A DNA stretch of 64,000 bases. Source: Schizosaccharomyces osmophilus (taxonomy: Eukaryota). The notes beneath the pieces are model-generated. The model worked only from the letters and a program-made list of their open reading frames with translations. It made no database searches and was not told where the DNA came from. Location: the NCBI RefSeq assembly GCF_027921745.1, contig NC_079238.1:3844001-3908000 (forward strand), written 5' to 3'. Numbering within the stretch: the first letter of the stretch is position 1; each line of letters starts with the position of its first letter. The translations under genes were made by a program, and so were the position numbers. Of this stretch, positions 49,829 through 62,840 are shown piece by piece.

Positions 49829-51856
49829 ATGGAGTTGTCTAAAACGGGTTCTAAGAAAATAGGACAAACTACGCGTCGTGCTATCCATTCATGCTTGGCA
49901 TGTAGAAAAAAGAAATTGAAGTGTGATCATGGAAGACCTTGTTCAAACTGTAAAAAGAGAGGGACGACCTTTTCGTGTATATACTTGCAACAAGGACGAT
50001 CATCATCTAATGGATTTGAGGGAGGAAGCGAAACAGATTCTGTTATAAGTGAGCTCTTGAGTAGGATTTCTCATCTTGAGCATATGCTCGGAGAATCAAA
50101 CACACATGACCCTCCCGAAGGTAAGAATCCGTTCTCACATACTTGCTGTAATAACCTTTTTTTACACAGATACATCATCAGCAGCACCACTCCCCGAAGT
50201 AAAAGAAGACTCTTCTGGTTTTGATGAGGCTGAACGGAATATAGGTACTCTATCATTGCGGGATTTAACAAAAACTACGTATGTTAATTATCCTTCATCT
50301 TCTCATGTGGCCTGGCATTTACGAAAAACAAATTCTCTAAATGTAGATCAGGAATTAACTGAAGAGGGAAGGGAAGTTGCACAAGAATCCTTTCTATTTC
50401 GCCTCCCTGTTCGTGAAAACGCTCTGAACTATCTTCCGCCAAAATACATCTCTGACATTTTTGTCAGGGAATACTTTATTCGGTGTCATTTATTTATGCC
50501 AGTCTTACATAAGCCTGTGTTTATGGAGAGATATAAAGTTTATTGGGAAGATCCAGCTGAAAGAAAGCCATCAATGACTTCTCTTCTTTTCGCTATGTTT
50601 GCCAGCGCCCTACTTGCTACGCCTGTTGAAACTCGACGTAGCTGGAATCTGGAAAAAGATGAAAAGTATCTATCCGTTGAGTATCATTTGGCCTTTCGTT
50701 ACGCGTTGGCATCATCCAATTTTTTAATTGATCCTGATTTAAATACTTTAAGAGCTTTAATTATCTGTCAGGTATATATATTATTATTTCCTTTTTCTGC
50801 TTTTACATATACTAATCTCTCAGATTACTTTTGACTCTGATAGTTTGTTAGCTCCCCCATCTCTTGTGGGGTTGATTACACAAAGCGCTTATTTTATGGG
50901 ACTACACCGAGATGGATCTTTGTACGGTTTAAATAGTACCTTTACCGAAATTAGACGAAGAGTTTGGTCGTCTATCCTGGTCTTGGATATAAGAGTGTCT
51001 GAATTGACAGGTATTCCTCCTCGAATCCAAGAAGACAGTTATGACACGAGCTTTCCTAGACTCTTACCAGAGGAAACCTTTCAAGAAGATCCATCAATTT
51101 TTGCTGCAGGGATCTTCACTTGTATAACCGGTAAAGCATCACGTAAAGTTTCCAAATACACCCGGGTACTATTAGGGTTGAAGTCTCCAAATTACAGTAC
51201 AATTTTGGAAATGGATGAAAAACTAAGTAATTATTTAAAAGAGGTCAAGCAGGAGTTTCTTCCTAATCCTACTATGGTTCATGAAAGATTACTGCAACTT
51301 TTCACGACTTACATTTTCCAACGATTTCCAATTTTGTCTCATTTTCCTTTTCTTTTAAAGGAAGGTCCTTCAATTTATTCTTACAGCCGAGTCCGTGCTG
51401 TTGAATGCGCTATGGACGCTTTGTCAAGTTTATACGAGCTTGGCACCACTCCTGAGTTTTCTATGTATTCATGGTTTTTTTGGAGATACCCCCCTTTTCA
51501 TCCGTGCATCGTTCTTCTTTTAGATATATTACAATCTGAACAAAATATATATTTGGATGACAAGAGAGTGGTTATGATTAACCAAATATTCTCCCTGTTT
51601 CCTAAATTAACAGATATTCGACGTTTTTATCAGGCATGGGCATTACTACAAACTTCACGGAACCATGTCTGGGAAAAATTGGGATTAAATACATCAAATA
51701 ATTTAGCAATCTCAGAGGAAGACACACCCGAAATGGGGTTTTTGGATCCAACAAATTTGGATATTAACTGGGTAAGTTTCTTTAATTGCTGAAGGACTTT
51801 TAGTTAACATTATCAAGGATGACTGGGATGCAATTTTCCAACATTGTCCGTTCTAA
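49829..51856 (+). CDS. toe2: Zn(II)2Cys6 transcription factor with a fungal TF domain, 4 exons
   Basis: SCLACRKKKLKCDHGRPCSNCKKR and MGLHRDG..EIRRRVW. Introns at 50121-50169, 50772-50823 and about 51772-51817. Name is from synteny. Confidence 0.82.
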
Positions 51857-52015
51857 AAGCTGAACTTTTGCGGTATTTTATACAGGAATTATACTACATA
51901 AAAATGGTTTATTTATTTTTGTAAGTTTAAATAATAATATTCACAAAAAAGCTACTTTATTTTATTCTTATTACAGGGTGCTAGCTAAGTGGGCTAGAAA
52001 AAAACCTCGGCTACA

Positions 52016-53308
52016 TCAATTGTTTGGCGTAAAACTGACATCCTTTAAATCAACCAAAGATTGAGAGCCTCTCCATTTGACTTCCGTAGTGTGGTTGTCC
52101 ATATTCTTCCATTTCCAAGCTTCTTGCCATTCAGTCGATAGTGTACCGTGTATTTTTTGAGCAATGTACTTGCCTATGTTGGGTAAAAACTTGAAAGCAT
52201 GACCACTGTCTCCATTAGCAATGAAAACATTCTCTGTTCCAGGCAACTTATCTACTAAGAATTCAGAATCGGAGGTATCGGAGATCCAGCATATTTTGCA
52301 CTTTTCTAGAGGACGATCTGCCAATTCAGGAAGGTACATCCGTAGAAAGCGATAAATACTTTCTTTGGCGTAACCCGGAATTTCAGTGTATTGAGATGGA
52401 GTAGTTGGTAAGGAGGTAATAATAGATTCATCGTAACGAGTCCGCGTATTGTAGACATATTCGTAGCCGGCACTAGAGAACTTTAGAAGTTTGGTTTTTG
52501 GATCCGGAGGAAAAATGTAGGCCATGTCAGGGTCAAAAATGATTGGCATATTTCTGTAATGATTGTATTCTGCTTCCGTTAATTGCATATGAGCAACGGG
52601 TAGCCCTTTGGCTATAACCCGACGGTCTGTATGAATGTAGGCATTCATGTAAGCACCTATGGCCAGTAGGATGGTATCCGCTTGTATGATTGAACCATCT
52701 TCAATTTCAACAGCGACGGAAGCGGTGGAACCAGAGTTGGTATTTGGAAAAACAAATCGTTTAAAAGAGCCACACTTTCCATACCGAAATTCCACTCCAA
52801 ACTTTTTAGCCTCTGATTCCATCCATACTAATGCGTCCGATGCACTGGCATAGCCAGCGTGTTCATTAAAGACTGCCGAGGTATCTTCGTTTAAAGGAGC
52901 GTTTGATAAGAAAGCAGGGAATTTTTGGCGGATCTCGTCCGGAGTGTTGAGATCAACCAATGCAGTTTCTCCTAACAATTTTCTTAAATTGGCTTGAGAA
53001 ACAGCGTCAAACTGACATCTGTTGGGGTCTTTGGAATTGATACTTAACCGACCGCATTCATGGTATGTGGAAGATACTGGAGCCTTGGATCTCCAAGAGT
53101 CCATCGCCTCTATTGCCAGTTTCATGTACTTTATATCTGCATACTCTGGACGGATGATTTTGTTCAAGTCATTTGCAGCTGATAAGCTAGATGGCACGGT
53201 TTCTGCATCAATGGCAATGATCTTGTCAAAGGCATGTTGCTTTGCTAATTCGACAGCAGCAGAAAGGCCAAAAACGCCGCAGCCAACGATCAAACCAGTC
53301 TTCGACAT
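52016..53308 (-). CDS. fap2: FAD-dependent L-saccharopine oxidase (sarcosine/pipecolate oxidase family)
   Basis: IVGCGVFGLS, SAANDLNKIIR, CWISDT and GDSGHAFKFLPNIG; first ATG at 53308. Confidence 0.87.
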   Translation of the reverse strand: MSKTGLIVGCGVFGLSAAVELAKQHAFDKIIAIDAETVPSSLSAANDLNKIIRPEYADIKYMKLAIEAMDSWRSKAPVSSTYHECGRLSINSKDPNRCQFDAVSQANLRKLLGETALVDLNTPDEIRQKFPAFLSNAPLNEDTSAVFNEHAGYASASDALVWMESEAKKFGVEFRYGKCGSFKRFVFPNTNSGSTASVAVEIEDGSIIQADTILLAIGAYMNAYIHTDRRVIAKGLPVAHMQLTEAEYNHYRNMPIIFDPDMAYIFPPDPKTKLLKFSSAGYEYVYNTRTRYDESIITSLPTTPSQYTEIPGYAKESIYRFLRMYLPELADRPLEKCKICWISDTSDSEFLVDKLPGTENVFIANGDSGHAFKFLPNIGKYIAQKIHGTLSTEWQEAWKWKNMDNHTTEVKWRGSQSLVDLKDVSFTPNN

Positions 53309-53950
53309 GAGACTAAATCGTTTGTTTTTGGGATTGGGAGCTAGACGGACATGAATGCTCGGATGAAACAAGTTGCTGACAGGCAATCAGATAAGTATCT
53401 CCAAATACGGCAGACAACTTTATTTCCCTCCATCTAGTACCGTACATGCATGTTGAAATGAGAATGGAGTAGATGTTTTACTAGCTAAGATCCACGACTT
53501 TAGCGAAAAGAACTACTTTTCTTCCCTGCGAAGACTATAGCTAAGTATGACTACAAACGTAGCCAAAAAAAAAAAAAAGAAAAAAAAAAAGAAAAAGAAG
53601 GAAACGAAATTAAATGAAATGAAAAAAAAAAAAAGAGATAAATAACCAAATATCTCTATCTACTAATGTCTAGTTACAAAGAAAACCTCCATAACTACCA
53701 TAAGAAAGAAGTCTACCTTTCTGACGATTTTTATTGTTTAAATATACTTTCATATAACATAATTGCTACCAAATCAACTCTTTTTCAAATAAAACTACAA
53801 TGTCTTTTCTTTTTATCGTTTTTTTGTTTTTTTTTTGTTTACATTTCATTTTTCTTATTTTGTTTTGTTTTATTTTGCTTGTTTACATATTCGCTCCCGT
53901 TTTTATGACGACACCTTTTTTTTTCGCAAATCGGTATCCTGAATTTCTAG

Positions 53951-54000
53951 TACGTCAAAATTGCGTGCCATAGCATCCGTCGGCTATTTGTTTATGACGT
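53951..54000. promoter_or_regulatory. Atf1/Pcr1 CRE-like sites in the fap2/ALDH divergent promoter
   Basis: TACGTCA at 53951-53957 and ATGACGT (M26 heptamer) at 53994-54000. Confidence 0.5.
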
Positions 54001-54884
54001 CTGAGGGTTTCAAATGGAAAGTAACCCAAGTGTCCACGAAGTCATGAAAAAGGAAAATGACCAAGACTTTATGAGTAACCCAAGTGTTCATCAATATAGA
54101 AGCTAAATAAGTGATGTTTCTTTCATTAGACATTTTCCTTCTAACTGCAAAAACTGATACGAATTGGGAACCTCTCCTGAAAACCCAGAGAACAATATTT
54201 CGCTTCTCCTTGACTTTAAATCCTGGATGAAGGAATGGATGACAGAGGTCGGCTTTGTAAACAATTTGAATGTGTCAAAGTGCTTTCAGTGCTTTCAACG
54301 TTGATACTAACCATTTCTTTGAAAATAAAACAAACGTAAGCCTATTCGGATCCATTTTTACCTACTGAATAGTTTGTAGCTACGTCTTTTAATCAGCTGT
54401 TCATTCTTAGCAAAATGGGTCGCAGAATTGCTTTCAGAGACAACTGCAGCTTCGTTTGTTATTCAAAAACTGTCAATTGAATTATATTTTGTTTCTAATT
54501 ATCTCAAGTTTCCCTCCGGCATTTCCAAAAACACAAATGATACACTTCATTTTTCATATAATGAAAAAAAAAAGTTTCATTTACCGAACATAACGTCAGT
54601 CTAGATATAAACACATATGGAAGCTTTTTCTTTTTTTTTTTCTTTCTTCTATTTGATTACTACATTATATCATTGTTCGTTGAAAAAGTTATATATCTCC
54701 TCGTAAACCACGTCTAGGACACTTCCATTGCCAACAAGTTTTATTTATTCTTGAGTTCATAATTGTCTTCCTTGATTCCCTTTCGCTTTCTTTACGACGT
54801 GATTTCCATTCTGTTTCGTCTCTTATTTATTTATTTCTTCATCTGTCCATTGCATTAACTTCCAGATATTTATTCCTTAACATC

Positions 54885-56375
54885 ATGTCATCAACAGCTT
54901 CCTTGTTTCATCGCCCTGAATTGTTTGGCCTTAATCAACCCGTTGCTCCTAGCGTTGTGCATGGAAAATGGTTCACTTCGAATAGCAAGAAATTCTTTTC
55001 CGTTGAGAATCCATCAGACACCCAAGAAGTCGGTAAAGTAACCGATATGACTGTGGATGAGACCAAAAAAGCTATAGAGGCCGCTTCGGACGCTTTCAAA
55101 TCCTATAAAAACTTAACCCATGTACAGCGAAGCGAACTATTAAGTCGCTGGGCTACCCTGATAGAGGAAAACAAAGAAGATTTGGTAAAGATGCTCACTA
55201 TGGAAAATGGTAAACCTCTTTCGCACTCTGATATGGAGGTTTCTGCTTCAATTGGCTATATCAAATGGTATGCAGGAGAAGCTGTTCGTGTTTTTGGTGA
55301 TGTCGCACCTTCCAGCTTGCAAATGAACAACTTTATCTTGTCCGTAAAGCAACCCGTCGGCATTTCCGGTTTAATAACACCATGGAATTTCCCTAGTGCT
55401 ATGGTTACTCGAAAGGGAGGTGCTGCATTGGCTGCTGGTTGTACTATCGTTATCATGCCTTCGGCTAGTACTCCTTATTCTTGCCTTGGCCTTGTCAAAC
55501 TTGCACAGGAAGCTGGTTTCCCTGAAGGTGTTATCAATGTTGTCACTACTTCCAATGTTAGTGAACATGGCAAAGAGCTAACTACCAATCCTTTGATCCG
55601 TAAAATCTCTTTCACAGGAAGTACAAATGTCGGAAAAATCCTTATGAGCCAAAGTGCTAGTACGGTGAAAAAGATTTCAATGGAACTGGGTGGAAACGCC
55701 CCTTTCATTGTTTTTCCCGACTTCCCTGTTGATCAAGCCGTGCAATCACTCTGCAATATCAAATTCTTCAGTGCTGGTGAAGTTTGCGTCTGCCCTAACC
55801 GTGTCTACGTTCACAAGGACATATATGAAGAATTCAGTAAACAGCTTCTAGAGAAAGTCAAAAGCATAAAGGTCGGTGACGGACTTGATCCTTCTACCGG
55901 TTTAGGTCCTTTGATTTCCAAGCAAGGATGTGATAAAATGGCAAGCCATATTGAGGATTCTGTCTCAAAGGGTGCCAAGTTATTAGCAGGCGGCAAGCCT
56001 ATTACCGACAAAGGTGGATACTTTTTTGAACCCACTGTTCTTACAAACTTGAACCAAGATATGATCGTCGCCTGCGAAGAAACCTTTGGTCCATTGATTT
56101 CCCTGTTCCAATTCGACAATGTTGATCAAGTTTTAGAGTGGGCTAATGACACCGAAGTTGGCTTGGCTGCTTATGTTTTTTCAAAGGACGTCACTACCTT
56201 AGTCCATGTGGCTAAAGAGCTCGAAGTTGGTCTCGTTGGTGCAAACATTGAATTGGTAGACGAGCCTTTCATGTCTTTTGGTGGTATCAAACAGAGCGGT
56301 TTCGGAAAAGAAGCCGGTCGTCATGGTGTTGAAGAGTTCATGATCATCAAAGAAATAAACCTTAAGACTCAATGA
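54885..56375 (+). CDS. ssd2: NAD(P)-dependent aldehyde dehydrogenase, SSADH-like (SPAC139.05 position)
   Basis: ITPWNFP, SFTGST, MELGGNAP, GEVCVC, EETFGP and FGGIKQSGFGKE. Confidence 0.88.
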   Translation: MSSTASLFHRPELFGLNQPVAPSVVHGKWFTSNSKKFFSVENPSDTQEVGKVTDMTVDETKKAIEAASDAFKSYKNLTHVQRSELLSRWATLIEENKEDLVKMLTMENGKPLSHSDMEVSASIGYIKWYAGEAVRVFGDVAPSSLQMNNFILSVKQPVGISGLITPWNFPSAMVTRKGGAALAAGCTIVIMPSASTPYSCLGLVKLAQEAGFPEGVINVVTTSNVSEHGKELTTNPLIRKISFTGSTNVGKILMSQSASTVKKISMELGGNAPFIVFPDFPVDQAVQSLCNIKFFSAGEVCVCPNRVYVHKDIYEEFSKQLLEKVKSIKVGDGLDPSTGLGPLISKQGCDKMASHIEDSVSKGAKLLAGGKPITDKGGYFFEPTVLTNLNQDMIVACEETFGPLISLFQFDNVDQVLEWANDTEVGLAAYVFSKDVTTLVHVAKELEVGLVGANIELVDEPFMSFGGIKQSGFGKEAGRHGVEEFMIIKEINLKTQ

Positions 56376-57073
56376 TAGATTTAAGTAATTCTAGCTTATG
56401 AACAATTGGAAATTTAATGATTTTATGAGATTTGTGCCTATTGCTGTAGCCTGTCTAAAAAACATGTATTCCACCAAAGGTTTGCCATCATATACTGACG
56501 AAGTAGATTTTTCTTTTTCTTATATTACCGAAAAGAATCAATTTCTTATATGTTTTAAGTCATCCTGCAAATGTCATAACCCATATACGATATTACTAAT
56601 GTCGTGTTATTATTATTGTATAACAATAAGGATTCATGAATGTAATGAATAAACAAAGAAAATAGTTTTAGACGAAAACTTTGTTACAAATCATAAAAAT
56701 GCGCAAATTACCTGGCAAATCTTCAGATTGGGAGATTTGACTGATCTAGCTAAATAAATTGTCCTTACAACTTGCTTAGTGAATCAGATCCCTGGAAGCT
56801 ATTGCTATTCAATCCAAGTAGTACCAAAGCATCCAATTGAAAGTCAAACATACAATTTACTGAATTTTTATTACACATTTTTCCATTGAATACTTATTCT
56901 CATAACAAGTGAGATTCAACCTGTGACAGCAAAAACAATGGTATTTTTAATTTTATTTTACAACTTCTGACATGCGTATAACTTCTATGGTAACAATGTA
57001 ACTCAAAAGTCACCACCAAGATTCTACCAAAACAAACCGAGCGAAAGCAGTGAGCTTGCTTACATCGTTAATC

Positions 57074-58462
57074 ATGAGCAATCTTGACGAGTGGGTACAC
57101 AATGCAAACGAATGTATTACTATTGTTCAAAGTATGCTGCAGTTCATAGTTAAGTTGCTAACACGATCTTTCATAGAAAATGAAAAGGGAGAAATTGACT
57201 GTAAATTTCATCCTACTTTTACCTATAATATTTTTGGGGACTCGGAAGTTCTGTACGGCTATAAAAATCTTAACATAGAGGTATGAGTTTGTCAATAAAT
57301 GACAGGGCGACTTTTAAACTTTAAGAATGTTATGTATGCTAACGAATGGAAGATTCAATATGCATTACCTTCAATGAAACCAGAGTTGAAAGTTGTGTAT
57401 TCCGATCGACTTGCTCCAGAATCCGGAGTAGAACCGACAAACGTTGATGAAACGTTGTCGAAATACTTGAGAGATGATCGGGTTCCAGAAAACTTGAAGC
57501 CGGTTAACGTTCATGATATCCCTGTCCTTGAAAATTATTCTTTTGATGAACGAAACTTTTGTATACTGAAGGTAGGTATCGCCTCTTGGCATTTATACAT
57601 TCATTCACTGACTTATATAGAGTAAACCTAGTGACATTGGTGCAATTATGCAGTATCTACAAATTTTTTCTTTATTCTTTATCGAGGGTGGGTCCTTTAT
57701 TGATATATTTGATCCCAAATGGACCATTTATTTATTGTATGTGTCTGGATGAATTTTGCCAACTGAGGACTAACAAGCCACACTAGATATGAAATCAACG
57801 ATGAGCAGTATTACTTAAGAGGGTATTGTACTGCTTACAATTACTACAAATGGGATAAGACCAAAACCGACGGTGAGCGGCCTCGTATTTCTCAGTTTGT
57901 GATACTTCCTCCTTTTCAAAAAGAAGGTCATGGTTCTAGGCTTTACAACGCTATTGTAAACATATTTTTACAGGATTCAAAAGTTCTTGAGTTCTCTGTG
58001 GAGGACTCATCTGAAGCGTTTGATGCTCTTCGTGACCGTTGTGATTTCCAACGACTAAAATCCATGAACATTTTTACCAGTCCAGGGTTCCATTTGCCTC
58101 TCTCAAAGGAGTGGTTGCACTCGCAAAGATCAGCCACTAAGCTACCACCGGTAATTTGAATGAATTAAGTGAAGTTCTGTTTCTAACCTCTTATTTAGCG
58201 CCAGTTTCTTCGCTGCTGTGAGATTGCTCTTACCATGAAACTGAAAAATCTGACCCTCTTGGAGAGGAAAGCACTTCGTCTCCTTATCAAGGAAAGAATA
58301 TTTCGTCAAAATCTGGATGTCTTGCTACAATTAGACCGTCCTGATCGCCTTGACAAAATCCAAGGAGCCTACCAAAATCAACTTGATGAATACAAAAAGA
58401 TCGCAAAAAAGCTACCAAAGTTATCCAAGCAGGAATCCAGAAAGCGACAGAAAACAAAATAG
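57074..58462 (+). CDS. hat1: Type B histone acetyltransferase, 6 exons
   Basis: EWVHNANEC, FHPTFTYNIFGDSEVLYGYKNL, LFFIEGGSFID, RPRISQFVILPPFQKEGHG and VEDSSEAFDALRD; five canonical introns. Confidence 0.94.
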
Positions 58463-58911
58463 AAAACTCGTTGACAATGAAATGCTTTAATTCTGCAAAA
58501 GTAACTTTCCAATTGTTATCCAACTTTCTTATTGCTGCTTCAATACCGCATTAATTTTCAATCTTTGATAACATTGCGATTAAAAAGAAACAATTGATAC
58601 TGGTTTAGTATTCAGTTTTTGTAATAAATTAATAGCATTAGACTCTTACTAGCGGGTAATTCAATTAGTTCGTTCGTGTTTGATTTATTATAACAACCAA
58701 TAAATAGACAAGAATCGTATTTTTTTAATATATGTTTAAGATACATTTGGATGTTTTAAAGGTAATCTTGTTTTTGTTAATACAATAGCCAAACCAATCT
58801 ACCACCGCCAGAACCACCTTTCTTTCCAATTCCGGCCTAAATAAAGTCGGCTGTGTAATTTTTTTTGAACGAAATAAATTTTGAGTTAATTTTTTTGCTT
58901 TCATTTGTACA

Positions 58912-60861
58912 ATGAGCGGAAGATTCGTGAGAGCTAGCAAATATCGTATGTCTTTTATTTAGAGGTTGCCTGCTAACCTAGTAAGGTCATATCTTTGGAC
59001 AAACATGCAAGAAAGAGCTTTGTTATGATAATATAAAGGTTTGTTGGTAACGAGGAATGTATACGAATACTGAACGTTGAATTAGCTCAGCAACAATGCT
59101 TGGGATTCTAATTTAATAAGCGCGAATCCTTTCTATTTGAGTGTCAATTGGAACTCAGGAGCCGGCGGTGCTATTGCTGTCATTCCCTTACAAAATCGAG
59201 GAAAACTCCCTGATCAAGCCAACTTATTTCGTGGTCATACTGCTGCTGTTTTGGATACCGATTGGAATCCATTCCACGACCAGGTGTTGGCATCTGGAGG
59301 TGATGACGCCAAGGTTCGTGAGTTATTGTATTATGAGCTAGTATTTACAAAGATAGATTATGCTATGGAAAGTTCCTGAAGACTACACAGTTTTGGAGCC
59401 TTACGAAGATGTGCATCCTGTTGCTCATTTAACAGGACATAGTCGGTATGTTAAGGCAAGGAATGTAGCTTAACTAACCATAAAAAAAGTAAGGTCGGGC
59501 ATATCCAGTTTCATCCTGCAGCTGCGAATGTGCTGGCGTCTTCAAGTGCTGATAAAACCATTAAATTATGGGATTGTGAGAAAGGAATTGCTCAAGTAAC
59601 ACTTCCCATGAATGAAATTTGTCAATCTATCTCTTTTAACGCTGATGGAAATTTGCTTGTTAGTACGGGTCGTGATAAGAAAATTCGAATTTGGGATCCT
59701 CGTACCGAAAAACCAGTTTCAGTTTCCAATGGTCATGCTGGAGCGAAGAATTCGAGAAGCGTTTGGCTTGGGAGCTTAAACCGTATTGCTACCACCGGAT
59801 TTAGCAAAATGAGTGATCGACAACTCGCTCTGTGGGATCCTGCTAATATGTCTGAACCAATTGGAGGTTTCAATACTTTAGACTCTGGTTCAGGTATTTT
59901 AATGCCTTTTTGGGATGATGGTACGAATGTTATTTACCTTGCCGGAAAAGGTGACGGTAACATACGTTATTACGAACTTGAAAACGATGTTTTTCATTAT
60001 CTTTCTGAATTTAAATCTGTTGATCCCCAACGTGGTATGGCTTTTGTTCCAAAAAGAGGCGTAAACGCTGCCGAAAACGAGGTTATGCGTGCCTATAAAT
60101 CTGTTAACGATACGATCATCGAACCTATTAGTTTCATCGTTCCTCGACGCTCTGAAGCTTATCAGAGCGACATTTATCCTCCTGCTCCTTCCGGAAAACC
60201 AAGCTTATCTGCGGATGAATGGTTCTCTGGCAAGGATGCTCCAGTTGATAGAATGGACATGTCTTTACTTTATGAGACTAAAGGTCCAGTATCTAAAATA
60301 ACAACCGTTAAGGTTCCTACGCAAGAGGTTCAGAAAGATGCTGATAAGACACCTATTTCTGTAAAGCCTTCTAAGAAAGAAGAACCAGCTAGGGCTTCGC
60401 CTGCACAAGAGAAAGCTCCAGAAAATTTTTCATCAAACAAGAAAGAAGAAAAGGAGCTTTCTAAAGAGGAAAAGAAAGATCCTGGAGAGAAGAAATCTTT
60501 AGAGAAGGAGACGCAGAAGAAATTAGAAAATAAGGTTTTGCCAGAGCAGGCCACAAAGTCAGAAAAGAAAGACACTGAACGAGAAGCTCCTGCTTCTGCT
60601 CATGCGAAGCCCTTGGAAAAAAAGAAGGATGTGGTTGAAAATGGTATCAATGAGGCTTTAATTAAGCGTGAAAAAGAGTTATCTGTATCTCGGATGCCTA
60701 CAATTTCTTCCCCTGACCAAGATGATAATCTTGTTCAAAAGTTAGATACTATTGAGAAACGATACAAGGAAGAAATGTCTGTTCGAGACTGGAAAATTGC
60801 TCAGTTAGAGGAGAGGGTGACGAAACTCTCTGAGGCTATAGAAAAGCACTTTTCCCTTTAA
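58912..60861 (+). CDS. crn1: Coronin, 5 exons
   Basis: MSGRFVRASKY|RHIFG, WD repeats, AGKGDGNIRYYE, PISFIVPRRSE..Q.DIYP and a C-terminal coiled coil. Confidence 0.96.
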
Positions 60862-61006
60862 GGTTTATCATTTTCTTTCTTAATTAATTGATAAATCTTT
60901 TAAATTCAAAGATTAATTTACTAATTATATATGTGTTTTGAATTTCTCCTGAGTCACCACCACCATCACAAAACACAGGACCACATGTTCCATATCCACT
61001 TTGAAA

Positions 61007-62541
61007 ATGCCTTCCGGTATGCGAACATATGGCACTCGCCGACGTTATGTGAGTAAAGATAATGCCATATGGGCCTCTTTGGACGAATTACCTCAAGCAT
61101 TACACATGATTGACACTAATGTAACAAACAACGAATTTAATAAGCATACCTCGTCTTTTTCGCTTGAAATTGATAAAAAGTCTTCGGGCGCTAAAAGGAG
61201 TGAAGATAAATCAGTTAAATCATTACCTAAGGCTGTTGATAAAACAGATGGAAGACATTCAAAGAGTAATTTGCATTTGGTGCCCACGATTGTTGTTCCA
61301 AGTCATGGTAGGAATATAAATGAAACAAAAGATAACAGTGCTCTGAATACTTCTACTTCTGAACCGAAGTCGACTTCGGATACAAATACACGGCTTCAAG
61401 AAAATTCTCACAAAATGCCAACCCAGCTTGCATTCCTACTAGGTTTAGTGGATCAAGAAATGCCGGTTTCTTTTAAAGATTATATTAAATCGTTCAAATC
61501 TCCTATATACAAAATCGGGGAAGCTAGCTATAGTGAGGTCTTCAAAGTAGAGAAGGATGAGCCAATTGTTTTGAAAATTATGCCTTTTGGAAAAAAAAAT
61601 CAGATTCGCTGTTCAGACATCATAAACGAGCTAAAAATTACTAAAAAGCTTAGTAAACTTGAAGGTTATGTAAATCTTCGACGTGCAATTATTGTCAAAG
61701 GAACATATCCATCAATTTTAATCGAAGAATGGGACAAATACGATTTGCAGAAAGAATCTGAGAATGAACGACCAAACCGGTATCATTCATCTCAGCTGTA
61801 TTGTATACTATGCTTAAATCATAGTGGTACAGACTTGGAGCATGTGGAACTGTCTAATTGGTTTGAAGCTTGGTTGATTTTTAATAAAACAATGAAGGTT
61901 CTTGCAATTGGCGAAAGAAATTTTGAATTTGAACATAGAGATATGCATTGGGGGAATATATTAATAAAGAGACGAGACGATGAGGACCTCTCATATTTAT
62001 TGGATGAAGTGTCCTTTGATGAATTCGATTCTTCTAATACTTCATTGACAGTGCCAGAACGAAGCTCTACTGCTGATTCACTTGACATTACCTTAATTGA
62101 TTTTACATTGGCTCGAATGCGACATACAGGTTCGTCATCTCCTATATTTAATGAATTTGATGACCCTGATTTATTTAATGGACGAGGTACGTACGATATT
62201 TTTAATCGGAATAGTGAAACTAATCCATTTTCATAATAGATGACTATCAATTTGATATTTACAGACTGATGGCCAAAGTTACTAAAGGGCATTGGGATGA
62301 ATACTTTCCAAAAACTAACATTCTCTGGTTACATTATTTATTACATCAAATTCTGTATAGGAAAACCATCCCTAAACCTCGCGATCATCATGAGCAACAG
62401 TTGATGGAACGTCTTAAAAAACTGTTTAAGTTATTAGAACCGCTCCAGCGTTCCCGAAGAGGGTCGTGTCCTCTCCAGAACTGTGCGTTTTCTTCCGCCA
62501 CTTCTCTTGATGAATGGGTCAGTCAGCGGTTTGATGAGTGA
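61007..62541 (+). CDS. hrk1: Haspin kinase, 2 exons
   Basis: RTYG Pds5-binding-like motif, KIGEASYSEVF, FEHRDMHWGNILI, IDFTLAR, DYQFDIYRLM and PKTNILWLHYL; intron near 62187-62238. Confidence 0.93.
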
Positions 62542-62840
62542 ACCTATGAGTTGTATCGTTCTCATTGTTCTTCTTTATGGAATATTTCTGTGCATTGCTT
62601 ATTTAATTATGGTTCTATTGAAACCTAACTTTTTTGAGACTTTCCTTTCGAAAAATACAAAATTTTTTTGGTGTTTAATTCATGTTTTTCTAATTATATA
62701 TTTTATATTCATATATATTTACCTGCAGTTTCCATTGTAACTTACTCATAAGATATATTCATCCTAAAGCGTACGTGCCTGCCCGCCGAGCCTTCTAGAT
62801 GAACTCTACTTAAAAGTTGACATTCTAATAACTGTCAAAA

